Shown in pieces: positions 20,101 through 27,317 of a DNA stretch of 64,000 nucleotides. The notes under the pieces are model-generated. The model was given only the letters and a program-made list of their open reading frames with translations, had not been told where the DNA came from and searched no databases. Location of the stretch: NCBI GenBank assembly GCA_000092065.1, contig CP000583.1, one strand, 5' to 3'. The position numbers and the translations under genes were made by a program. The number at the start of each line of letters is the position of its first letter. Position 1 is the stretch's first letter. Source of the stretch: Ostreococcus lucimarinus. Its lineage: Eukaryota.

Positions 20101-23100
20101 AAAGAATGAGTAAAATGTACATCCTCGACATCGAGTAATGAAGTAGAAAACTCGGCGTTGAGAATAGAGAGTAACATTCTAGGGAGCTCAAGTTCCACGT
20201 GCGAGGCATTGCCTCGAATCTCCATGGCACGCGTCGTGAGCGCAACCGCTTCCTTTTCGCCCGACTCTTCAAAGAGCTTGAACGACATGGGTTCAATGGA
20301 GCCGTGTAAAAATAGTGACAACGAGTCTGCGATATCGAACGTCGCTACACAACTCCACGCCCTGTCGAACTCACCACGGACGGAACGACTCTGAATAGGG
20401 CTCGCGACGTGCAGACGTTCACCAAAGAACTTCTTGACGTCTTTCGTAAGGCGGGCAAACTCTGATAGCGTTTCGAGTACATTTTGCGTAACTCTTACGT
20501 CGATGGCTCCCAATTCGATCGTACCCGCGATTCGTGCGCAGACGTGAGCTTTCAGTATAGAGTCCTTCGGCGAGCAACGCACAATTTCTGTTTGCGCCGA
20601 ATCAGCGTCCATGTGCACGCCAGATACCGTACCTACGCTTGATTTCATCCTCCAATCGTCGCTCGAACCCTTCGTGGCGATACTGATGTCCGTGACCGTG
20701 TAATGCATTCGGCCTGATGCGCTATTCAAATTCAGCGCGATCTTTTCTAAGTTGAATCGAAGCCCAGAATCCACGGCGAAGGGCGTCGAACTCGCAGTTG
20801 TCTGTACAGAGACGTCTGCAAAGGCTTGGACCACGTGAACCACCGCCGCGACGCTTACCGGATCGAAGTTGAGTTCGATCGGTTCCAAGTCTACCATCGT
20901 CACATCGGAATCGAATATTGTCGCATCGTTCACGACAGTAAGTTTCACTCCTTCAGCTATAGCAGCGGAGGCGTTTGCCGCGGTCATCCACGCGCCGTCG
21001 ACGTGTGCGAAACTACGAGTTTGCAAAACAAATTCAGACAACTCTTCCAGGGCGCGCCACGCTTCCTTTGCATCGTAAGCATAATCCATCATCGCTGAAG
21101 CTTCGTCTACCAATCGATCAAACGATCCATCATCGCGTGATCGCGAACCGTTTTCCTGGCAAAAGACAATCTTTTCCGCGCCAAACGCCAACGCAGCCGA
21201 CGTCTCCACATCGATCGATGGCGGTGCAGTTTGAGCGGGTACGACAAGTAAGGGTGAATCGATCTCAACGAGCACAGGTATCGCTTGTATCCCGTCGCCA
21301 AGGAGCTTGATCATCTTCAACCTGCACTCTGGCGAGCGATTGTTCAACCCCAAAGTCGCTCTTCGTAGTGCTTGCCAGTAAGGTCCATCTCTGATACTCG
21401 CGAAACCCGCGAGCACTTTGGCCGTTGACGGTCGAATAGCCATACCGTGTGGCGCCATCTTCACGTGCACGTTTACGAGCACGTCCAGCGTCGCGCACGC
21501 ACTCGGATTCAACTTGATCGTAACCGCTCGCTCGCCATCAGTTTCTCGAGACCAAATCATATCCTCAGCAACACCCGAGCTCGAGTCCTCAGCGTGCACG
21601 CGATCGACGTGTATCTGCGTCTCACTGACGACACCTTCGTCATCGGCGAAGAGAGCACCATGCGCCAGTGATATGTTATTCGCCGTGAACCGTAATCGAT
21701 TCTCCGCCGCGTCTCGAATCGTCATCGAGACGCCGGGAATCTCCACAGATACTTCTGGCTCAAAGTCACCGACTGATTCTGATGCCGACGCATATTTTGA
21801 TGACACGTTGACATAGTTGTAAGCTTTGGAGATGTAACTCGTGCTCTTGGCATAGAGATAGCTCGTGAGACTCGTTGACGTCTGTTTTGACTCTGGCATT
21901 CTTCTTATCTGCTCCGCGGTCTCCTCCGCATCATCGCCGCTGGTGTCGAATATATCCGCGGCGCTGTATGACGAGTGATACGAAGGAAACATGCTATCCA
22001 TCATATCATCTTCTGTCTCTTGAAGACTCGCCACCTTGCGCTCGACAAGCGATGTGATGAGCTCAACGTCATCCGCCGTGAGCCTCGTCTCAAACTTTTG
22101 TAAATGTTCAGGCATCGTGATTCTCTGCCCACGTTTGCGCTCGACGCACACCTCGACGTACGCCTCGAGCTGTGAGCGCCCATGTCTAAGTCTATCTAGC
22201 ATTCGAGCGCGATGGTGCTCTCCGCGCGGCACCGTCGCCCTGACGGCGTATCTCCACCAATCGACGGGATTCTTCGTCTTTGGTCTACGTTCGCCGTGCG
22301 CTCTTCTCTTCGTCCACATATCAATCTCATCGCGCACCAAAAGCAACATCTGCGCCTGCGAAGCGCTAATATTCGTTTCTAGAACGTCTCGAACGTCTAT
22401 CTTCGCGACGTATTTCGATGCCTTCGGGCGAAGGAATCTCGCGCGCCGCGCGCGTTTGCGCAAGTGCACGTCCATTCGCACGCGACCGTTCGGTCCCACG
22501 ACATCGTGCTGCCCCGACGTCTCACCATCATCCACGATGAGCGACAGTCCTGTTATTTCGACGCGCTTCATCGCGTCTCCGCTGAACGACGCGTCGCCCG
22601 CGTCGTCGTCGTGCTCGGAAGTCTTTGTTTTCTTTCGCTCTGGCTCGCCGTCGTTCGCGTCCTCGTCATCCTCCGCTGACCGAGCGCTCGACGTCTTCCC
22701 TACGCTCTTCATCGTAAACCGCTCGATGCTTCCTCGCAATCGCCCGACGTCACCCTCCCGCCCCGAACCCGTCGCCTTCGTCGCGTACGTCGCGCTCGCG
22801 CGTCGACACTCCACCGATAAACGCTCAAACGCCGCCGCGAACCACGCGTTGGACCACGCCGACCCTTTCACCATCTCTCGCGCGTGCGTCTCCATCGCGC
22901 TCGCGATGTGTTCCATCGCTTTCTCCCTCGCGTCCCGTCGTTCGCGCAGCGCATCCGAGTCGACCCCATCACCCGAGTCGTCTTCGTCTTCTTCGTCGTC
23001 GTTCGGCGCCTCCGCCTCGACGTCGACGCCTTCCACGCGCACCCGAAGCGTCTCCTCTCGCTTCCCGAACACCGCGTAGTGCACGTCGATCGTCTCGATG

Positions 23101-23288
23101 CGCACTCGCGTGAGTTTTATCCCCAGGTTCAGCTCGCGATTGAGCGCGTCGCAGTTCACGGACACGTTTCGCAGCGAAAGTTTTCGTCGCAGCAGGGCGA
23201 TGCGCAGGGTGTCGGAATTGACGCCGTCGAGGTAGCGATTGAGCGCGCGCGCGAGCAAAGGCGCGAGTATGGTGTGCGCGCCGATCAT
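14169..23288 (-). CDS. VPS13: VPS13-family bridge-like lipid-transfer protein (3039 aa, single exon)
   Basis: ATG verified at 23286-23288. N-terminal chorein-N-like 'MIGAHTILAPLLARALNRYLDGVNSDTLRIALLRRKLSLRNVSVNCDALNREL'. Length and C-terminal region are consistent with VPS13; ORF is uninterrupted. Confidence 0.85.
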   Translation of the reverse strand: MIGAHTILAPLLARALNRYLDGVNSDTLRIALLRRKLSLRNVSVNCDALNRELNLGIKLTRVRIETIDVHYAVFGKREETLRVRVEGVDVEAEAPNDDEEDEDDSGDGVDSDALRERRDAREKAMEHIASAMETHAREMVKGSAWSNAWFAAAFERLSVECRRASATYATKATGSGREGDVGRLRGSIERFTMKSVGKTSSARSAEDDEDANDGEPERKKTKTSEHDDDAGDASFSGDAMKRVEITGLSLIVDDGETSGQHDVVGPNGRVRMDVHLRKRARRARFLRPKASKYVAKIDVRDVLETNISASQAQMLLLVRDEIDMWTKRRAHGERRPKTKNPVDWWRYAVRATVPRGEHHRARMLDRLRHGRSQLEAYVEVCVERKRGQRITMPEHLQKFETRLTADDVELITSLVERKVASLQETEDDMMDSMFPSYHSSYSAADIFDTSGDDAEETAEQIRRMPESKQTSTSLTSYLYAKSTSYISKAYNYVNVSSKYASASESVGDFEPEVSVEIPGVSMTIRDAAENRLRFTANNISLAHGALFADDEGVVSETQIHVDRVHAEDSSSGVAEDMIWSRETDGERAVTIKLNPSACATLDVLVNVHVKMAPHGMAIRPSTAKVLAGFASIRDGPYWQALRRATLGLNNRSPECRLKMIKLLGDGIQAIPVLVEIDSPLLVVPAQTAPPSIDVETSAALAFGAEKIVFCQENGSRSRDDGSFDRLVDEASAMMDYAYDAKEAWRALEELSEFVLQTRSFAHVDGAWMTAANASAAIAEGVKLTVVNDATIFDSDVTMVDLEPIELNFDPVSVAAVVHVVQAFADVSVQTTASSTPFAVDSGLRFNLEKIALNLNSASGRMHYTVTDISIATKGSSDDWRMKSSVGTVSGVHMDADSAQTEIVRCSPKDSILKAHVCARIAGTIELGAIDVRVTQNVLETLSEFARLTKDVKKFFGERLHVASPIQSRSVRGEFDRAWSCVATFDIADSLSLFLHGSIEPMSFKLFEESGEKEAVALTTRAMEIRGNASHVELELPRMLLSILNAEFSTSLLDVEDVHFTHSFGSASNAAKVQVGSIGAEITPTDVRRLVVVSESIPKMPSLTKSSPIASPGITDAKVFSIPSVDVNVKRIRLSAREADEISLTFFDVTGRASPREDGHLAELRVDSIDLQVCTRKSIEHPTTLLHISSESGAAVKMDAMYAQGSVKSELLIGKGDVEFNAPYIIAGTSVLHGVRQAMPVLTASTTTSAPSISPLSLTLVSANFRTETWTVQLPWRSESERHAPLRIVRLKTRQSGTLNEFTAGSCVNATFTLDEFTLETGYCKDEDDLEGSSIMFTLAEVIGLSSRMTLPPTSPEHFARKVVPKMDVTVHEMRARANEVSLHLIQEVSALILAQPATLNAIEAYDQLPSSSSPHEFDLSINVESMSACLEHAQVHIVVPVLQVMMTDARVDVKSSSSGVDGSASMDVEMDYLHPVKAAWEPILEPMRVSTSIKLTPEFLFESVNINVAAGIEITMSHSVVEALLKTQIIAQAAQAPIADLEQSTTFGPCTYQMTNATGFNVAYALTLVRGGEITSAGAGKTIAGDTNVMHFERREENRACKTNRVIERGASYWASPINDDDEDDGASVRHRSESTQERVPHVSLEFEDIQVDIDEAISLDTIGEETSLLEYEAQMVDGSCARVIAEIGPCSNKVNRYELLLRSDVAILNGTNAPIVMCFQQSATLPATIFGPILPGESVWLPIPLRLAKNVQWRVVSPDEDFGEISVDEVDDSEASAGSPFLSPLHRSKTNATPRSPFGDAFWRRRHNWSTFVAFSDLVAKEDAIEASLCSVTKEHSIASSDPYTCAFTVTRDETLKRVQLALSAPLKFVNTLPLQMVVTCRARNAFGHDARIESHVVNPGESTLFTASHPTWSASVSAQIVGYAPCEELVVPEYTMALKNAKCQANGEIYHVDRDTKRIHDGGDKSSSQAVSLRFTFYIDEATQSRTLYCAAPLVVLNSTSCAIVLEDMLYGTEMEESVQSEIEVFESNPDAERQGTNSPLPNRLFIEDAENFETPPAPASPFARLAQNQALPSLRRMSSSTNVLSQTSPLLMRQSSLRLNADSVTLLTPSTPGRQTVSTDHGVDYGVDDEDSLDQRATVLGSSAHWRKSIKRRPRIRIRLKSSSAWSRPFRIDPTGLPIEIRLPSDAGSDVCEHVFVVTASMVSTDKLCKTAKIMIRPKFLIKSTLDEAVWIRHGGTESVDLLQPRSATPLRWFDMRSKVPKVIMFRPEKGVFEWSKPVHVPEHTASILKMRHLGGDSTLHTETITVSILENDDGTFDIRIARPTEIDGALGMHSIENHSNASIWYHQLGADDARATLAPKESEERLIEDSSLPRALVIGYGDLSLGEPISLDITRTLSYSVVTTDKRCLRVMVTREGPMCSVIIEDALSSRVADTPERPRLSTKTPQRPGAPVNVSFKCGWIGVSAIHGHEELLYGRVSGITVKVLADGSEFKSAVRVHSARVDHTSSKAKRPIVLAIPERHQSAREALELQVHGRVQKLNGLPVIRSLKVDLAPAFVDLHDELIESVPRAIAPCVRHAELLLPPAKPTIKANGARKRSLEGETVGALTSVYLQELIINDVELVLSFSRLPGLPVAVRALAGVDRANLRLRGFHMNQPSLMAADVSMMAARHFAREAVIVAGSLWAHNSLLGDPRRLWDEIIEAFDEMHQGSATTALPRVIMALTAAFAHSGETALSQARDVVDGWLEALEVAQASRRFSLRPRRLGTVEDLEKQATVTFVARIFDTVGRVVFDVIDGPLHGLELAGVRGLVEGSVIGLMSALTRVLAAALDGAELSARRLRLFTAAKTFEGEYMRPRRPLPTSYMDPIRPYHLIEAIGRETLAKLASSEKRERFVATASLMWPSHDMCVLTGGKLLVVHRSDVNAPYVRSSVRFVDISGVLRDGNRVSVYAARAERSTRVSLAQTQSVFARAYGFAFGWMHREQDQSFHDVDETFRGEDAATPTSIVVRCADEDAARWLSSALSPFVNANAKQN

Positions 23289-23440
23289 GTGCGTCGATCG
23301 TGCGCCGCGCGCGCGGCGCGTGCGGCGCGTGCCGCGCGTGGCGCGCGAGAGAATGACGAAAGCGAAAAGTTCGTTGGTCGAGCGCGCGACGCGACGGGAC
23401 GGGACGGGACGCGGCGATGGAATAACATGAATGAATTACA

Positions 23441-24508
23441 TCACGAAGGCACGGGCACCGCGCCTGGGACGCGCTCTGCGTCTTCGTCTCCGGGCGCCAA
23501 CGCCTCGTCGATCTCGCGATCGCTCACGGGCGGCGGCGATTTGCCCTTGGCGACGTCATATCCTTTGCGGCGCTCGCGCGGCGCGGGACCGGTGGATACG
23601 ATGGAGTACGCGGCGTTTAAGACGTCGTATCGCGACGTCGTGAGCGTGCGGTTGGCGAACACGGCCGCACTGAGTCGTTTGGTGAAATCACCGCCGGGCA
23701 TTTTATCGCCCTCGTCGATGTCGATGTCTTGCATGCGAACGTCGAACGCGTTGTCCACCAAAGTCAACGCGTAGTCGGCTTGCACGACTTTACTCGTCGG
23801 CCCGTTTCCTCGCAATTCTCCCGTGCGCACGATGGTGAACGTCCATCCATCCGCGACACCGCCCGGTTTCACCGTTTTCGCCGCGCGGCGGCGTATCATG
23901 TCCTCGCACGCGACGCAATCGTCCAACGGCGCGCCGCCTCGAAACGTCTTGCGATTCATATACTTGAACGGATCGACGTCTCGCCGTTCGACGCCGATTC
24001 TCGACATCAACACCACGCGCCGCAATCTCGGGAACCGACCGCCGTCGATCGCCTCACAAAACGTCTCCACGCACGCCTTGAGCTTCTTCGAGCTCTCCTC
24101 CGCGAATATCACGCACGTCGTTCGCTCGCGCGTCGCCGTCTCGCCTCCCAGCGTCTCCCCGAGCTCCGCCGTCTCCACCCCTTGTTCGTCGAGCATCTCC
24201 AGCGTCTTCGCGTGCGGGTACACCAGCGTCGTCGATCGCACGTCTCGCGGATTTCGCACGCCCTCGAACGCCTCGCGCGGCAGCGCCGCGACGACGCGCA
24301 CGTCGCTCGACTTTTCGTTTCGCTTCAGCTCGACCGCCGACGTTTGCGCCAGCCGTTCGAGCGCGCCGGTGACGACGACGACGTCGCGCGCGGCGTCGAG
24401 CGCGCGCGGCGAGACGCGCGCGCGTCGCGGCGTCGAGCGCGCGTCCCGCGCGCGTCGCGACGACGCGCGCGGCGTCGCGGTCGACGGCGCGCGGCGCACC
24501 GACGCCAT
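23441..24508 (-). CDS. hypothetical protein with transit-peptide-like N-terminus (weak Rossmann-like resemblance)
   Basis: True ATG at 24506-24508; the ORF-track start at 24544 is GTG. N-term MASVRRAPSTATPRASSRRARDARSTPRRARV then 'DVVVVTGALERL'. No confident family. Confidence 0.4.
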   Translation of the reverse strand: MASVRRAPSTATPRASSRRARDARSTPRRARVSPRALDAARDVVVVTGALERLAQTSAVELKRNEKSSDVRVVAALPREAFEGVRNPRDVRSTTLVYPHAKTLEMLDEQGVETAELGETLGGETATRERTTCVIFAEESSKKLKACVETFCEAIDGGRFPRLRRVVLMSRIGVERRDVDPFKYMNRKTFRGGAPLDDCVACEDMIRRRAAKTVKPGGVADGWTFTIVRTGELRGNGPTSKVVQADYALTLVDNAFDVRMQDIDIDEGDKMPGGDFTKRLSAAVFANRTLTTSRYDVLNAAYSIVSTGPAPRERRKGYDVAKGKSPPPVSDREIDEALAPGDEDAERVPGAVPVPS

Positions 24509-24519
24509 CGCGCGACGCA

Positions 24520-25845
24520 ATGGCGACGCGCGTCGCCGGCGCACCGCGCCCGCGCGTCGTCGCGCGCGCGTCGCGACGCGCGACCGTCGCGCGTTCGAGC
24601 GACGGCGCGTTCGACTGCGCGCACTGGCCGCGGTGCGCGGGATGCGTCGACGTCGACGCGCCGCTGCGACCCGAGGCGGAGGCGCGCGCGCGCGCGTACT
24701 TTGCGTCGCTGGACGCGCGCGCGGGCGAGACGGGCGAGACGCGCGAGACGCACGAGACGTATCGCGGACGCGCGACGCGATGGCGCGTCAAGGCGAAGCT
24801 CGCGGCGCGCGCGCACGAGGGCGAGACGCGACTGGGGCTGTTCGCGCGAGGCTCGCACGCGCTGGAGCCCATCGACGACGCGAGCGGGTGCGCGGTGTCG
24901 GCGATCGCGGTCGAAAGAGCGATGGCGCTGGTGCGAGAGGTGTGCGCGTCGATGGATGTGAAAGGGTACGACGAAACGACGGGGAACGGGGAGCTGCGGT
25001 ACGCGCAAATCGTGGCGCAGACGAGAACGGCGGGACAGTGGGACGCGGCGAAGGACGAAGACGCGCGAGCGGCGATTTCGTTGGTGTGGAACGCGCGGAA
25101 GATGACGCCGCGCGCGATGGCGGTGTGCGAGGAAATCGCGCGAAGGGGTGGAGATTTCGTGCACGGGACGTGGGTGAACGCGCAAGACGCGCGAAATAAC
25201 GTGATTTTTAACAACGACGGGTGGCACCACGCGACGGGCGAGCGAGAAACGCACTCGTACACGCCCAACGGTGCCAAGGTGTTTTATCTGCCGGGAAGCT
25301 TCATGCAAGCCAACGCGGAGGCGTACGGAGAGTTGCTCAAGCGCATGCCGCGACACGTGCCGAAGAACGCGCGCGTCGTCGAGATGTACGCCGGCGTCGG
25401 CGCCATTGGTTTTTCGCTTCTGACGAACGACGCGCTCGGCGTGAAGAGCTTGCGATGCGTGGAATCGTCGAGCGCGGTCGCCGAAGCGTGGGAACGCACG
25501 CGTGGCGAGTTACCAGAAGATTTGCGAGGTCGAGCAAGTTTGCAAGTCGAAAAGGCGGAGCGCATCGCCGTCGAATCGACGAAGGATTGCGACGTTCTCA
25601 TCGTCGACCCGCCTCGAAAGGGACTCGACGCCAAGCTGCGCGCCGTGCTCACCGACGTCGATGGTCTGAGCGATGACTTGCAAACTTTGCTTTACGTGTC
25701 GTGCGGATTTGAATCATTCATGCGCGACTCGGACGAGTTATTGGCGAGCGGCGTGTGGCAAATCCGTCATCACGAGAGCTTCGTGTTCTTCCCAGGCACG
25801 AATCACATCGAAATCTTTGCCGTGTTTTCGCGCACGCCTTATTAG
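24520..25845 (+). CDS. RNA (uracil-5)-methyltransferase, RumA/RlmD/TrmA family (probably organellar rRNA/tRNA m5U MTase)
   Basis: ATG at 24520. Cys cluster 'CAHWPRCAGC' (Fe-S motif of RumA/RlmC type). SAM-MTase motifs 'VVEMYAGVGAIGFSL', 'LIVDPPRKG' and the catalytic 'LLYVSCGFESFMRD'. Confidence 0.7.
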   Translation: MATRVAGAPRPRVVARASRRATVARSSDGAFDCAHWPRCAGCVDVDAPLRPEAEARARAYFASLDARAGETGETRETHETYRGRATRWRVKAKLAARAHEGETRLGLFARGSHALEPIDDASGCAVSAIAVERAMALVREVCASMDVKGYDETTGNGELRYAQIVAQTRTAGQWDAAKDEDARAAISLVWNARKMTPRAMAVCEEIARRGGDFVHGTWVNAQDARNNVIFNNDGWHHATGERETHSYTPNGAKVFYLPGSFMQANAEAYGELLKRMPRHVPKNARVVEMYAGVGAIGFSLLTNDALGVKSLRCVESSSAVAEAWERTRGELPEDLRGRASLQVEKAERIAVESTKDCDVLIVDPPRKGLDAKLRAVLTDVDGLSDDLQTLLYVSCGFESFMRDSDELLASGVWQIRHHESFVFFPGTNHIEIFAVFSRTPY

Positions 25846-25905
25846 AGTGTAGTCGATTAGAACGGTCCTTAGCTAGGCCTAGCTAGTTGTAGCGATTAAG
25901 TAGTT

Positions 25906-27153
25906 TTACTCCTCCTTCCTTGGGGGAAGAATGAATATGTTTGAGTGCATCCCGAGACATCCCGTGACTTGCGCGCAAAGCGTCGCGCTTCGGTGAAGCA
26001 ACAAAAATAACGCGGCGCCGAGGAGGATGCCGCCGATGAACATGTTGCCCGCGGGCACAAATGTCGTCATGATCATGATGAACCCGCTCAACCAGTTGAA
26101 CAGCGGCCAATCGGGGTCTGAAACGCGCAGGCGCATGATGCTCATCTCGGCTTCGGCGAAGAGAAGCATGCTCGTGGCGTGCGCCAACGCCAAGTTTGGC
26201 GCAAAATACAAGCACACGCCGTGAAACAACTCGTTGACGATGCAAAACAACGCAATACGCGTCGGATTACGATGCTTTGGCCAGTGTGGTGGCACTTCTT
26301 TTGCCGTGACGGTGCGATAAAACGTCATCGCGCGAGATCGCACGCCGAACAACGCCCCGCCGTCGACGAGCAGGCGCACCACGCCTCGCTCGCCGATGAT
26401 GGGTAGAGTGATCGTAAACGCATTCATCGCGTCGCTCCCAACGAATCCGAAGACAATCATACTTATTTGCAACAGGATCTGCATCTCTTGCACGTCAAAA
26501 GCGGTGTTCACAGGTAACAATCCCGTGTACGTGCTCGAAACCGTGTCGACGGCGAAAAAAATCCGGCTCGACGTCATCATCATCACCGCGAACGCTCTCG
26601 CCGCGGGCGTCGCGATACCGACGGCCAATAAATCAACGAAAATAATCCCGTACACGCACGTGCAAATCGCATCGCATCCGTGATCGACGACTTCTCCCAA
26701 CGGCGACCCGCTCTTCGTTCGTCTCGCTTGCTTACCGTCGATGCCGTCCGCCGTCTGATACGCAAACATTAAAACAGCGCTCACCGCGTACATCCACGAC
26801 GGCGCGGTGTGCGCCAGCACTGGCGTGTGCGTCCAATACAACGCGTACGTCACCATCACCAACATTAATCCGCCGAACGTCAACGCGTTCGGCGCCACCC
26901 ACAGCGGACACCACCGTTCGACGACGTACGTCCACCATCGCTCCAAAAACAGCTTCTCAAACGACGTCGACGGCGGTGATGTATACTTGTACGAGTGCAC
27001 CTGCGCGCACGTGCGCTCGGACGCGCCCACGTGCGCGCGTTTCGCTTCGCGCTCATTTTTTTGGGCGTAGCACACCAAGTCCTCGTTCGACCCATCGTGT
27101 CCACCGCGCGTCAGCACATCGAGGCGCGCGCGTCGAACGGCGGCGATCGGCAT
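25906..27153 (-). CDS. choline/ethanolamine phosphotransferase (AAPT; CDP-alcohol phosphatidyltransferase)
   Basis: ATG verified at 27151-27153. 'PLWVAPNALTFGGL' and CDP-OH-P motif 'DGIDGKQARRTKSGSPLGEVVDHGCD'. Multiple TM helices. Confidence 0.8.
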   Translation of the reverse strand: MPIAAVRRARLDVLTRGGHDGSNEDLVCYAQKNEREAKRAHVGASERTCAQVHSYKYTSPPSTSFEKLFLERWWTYVVERWCPLWVAPNALTFGGLMLVMVTYALYWTHTPVLAHTAPSWMYAVSAVLMFAYQTADGIDGKQARRTKSGSPLGEVVDHGCDAICTCVYGIIFVDLLAVGIATPAARAFAVMMMTSSRIFFAVDTVSSTYTGLLPVNTAFDVQEMQILLQISMIVFGFVGSDAMNAFTITLPIIGERGVVRLLVDGGALFGVRSRAMTFYRTVTAKEVPPHWPKHRNPTRIALFCIVNELFHGVCLYFAPNLALAHATSMLLFAEAEMSIMRLRVSDPDWPLFNWLSGFIMIMTTFVPAGNMFIGGILLGAALFLLLHRSATLCAQVTGCLGMHSNIFILPPRKEE

Positions 27154-27317
27154 CGCGGCGGCTTTCGATCTTCGCGTCCGCGTCGCTTCGGGTCCGCGCG
27201 CGCGACGTCGGCGTCGTCTTCTGCCGTCGCGTTCGGCGGGACTCTCGTCGTTCCAGTGTCAACGAGATCTCATCGCGCGCCCTTCGTCCTCTGCGCGCGA
27301 ATCCGGGACGCGGCGCG

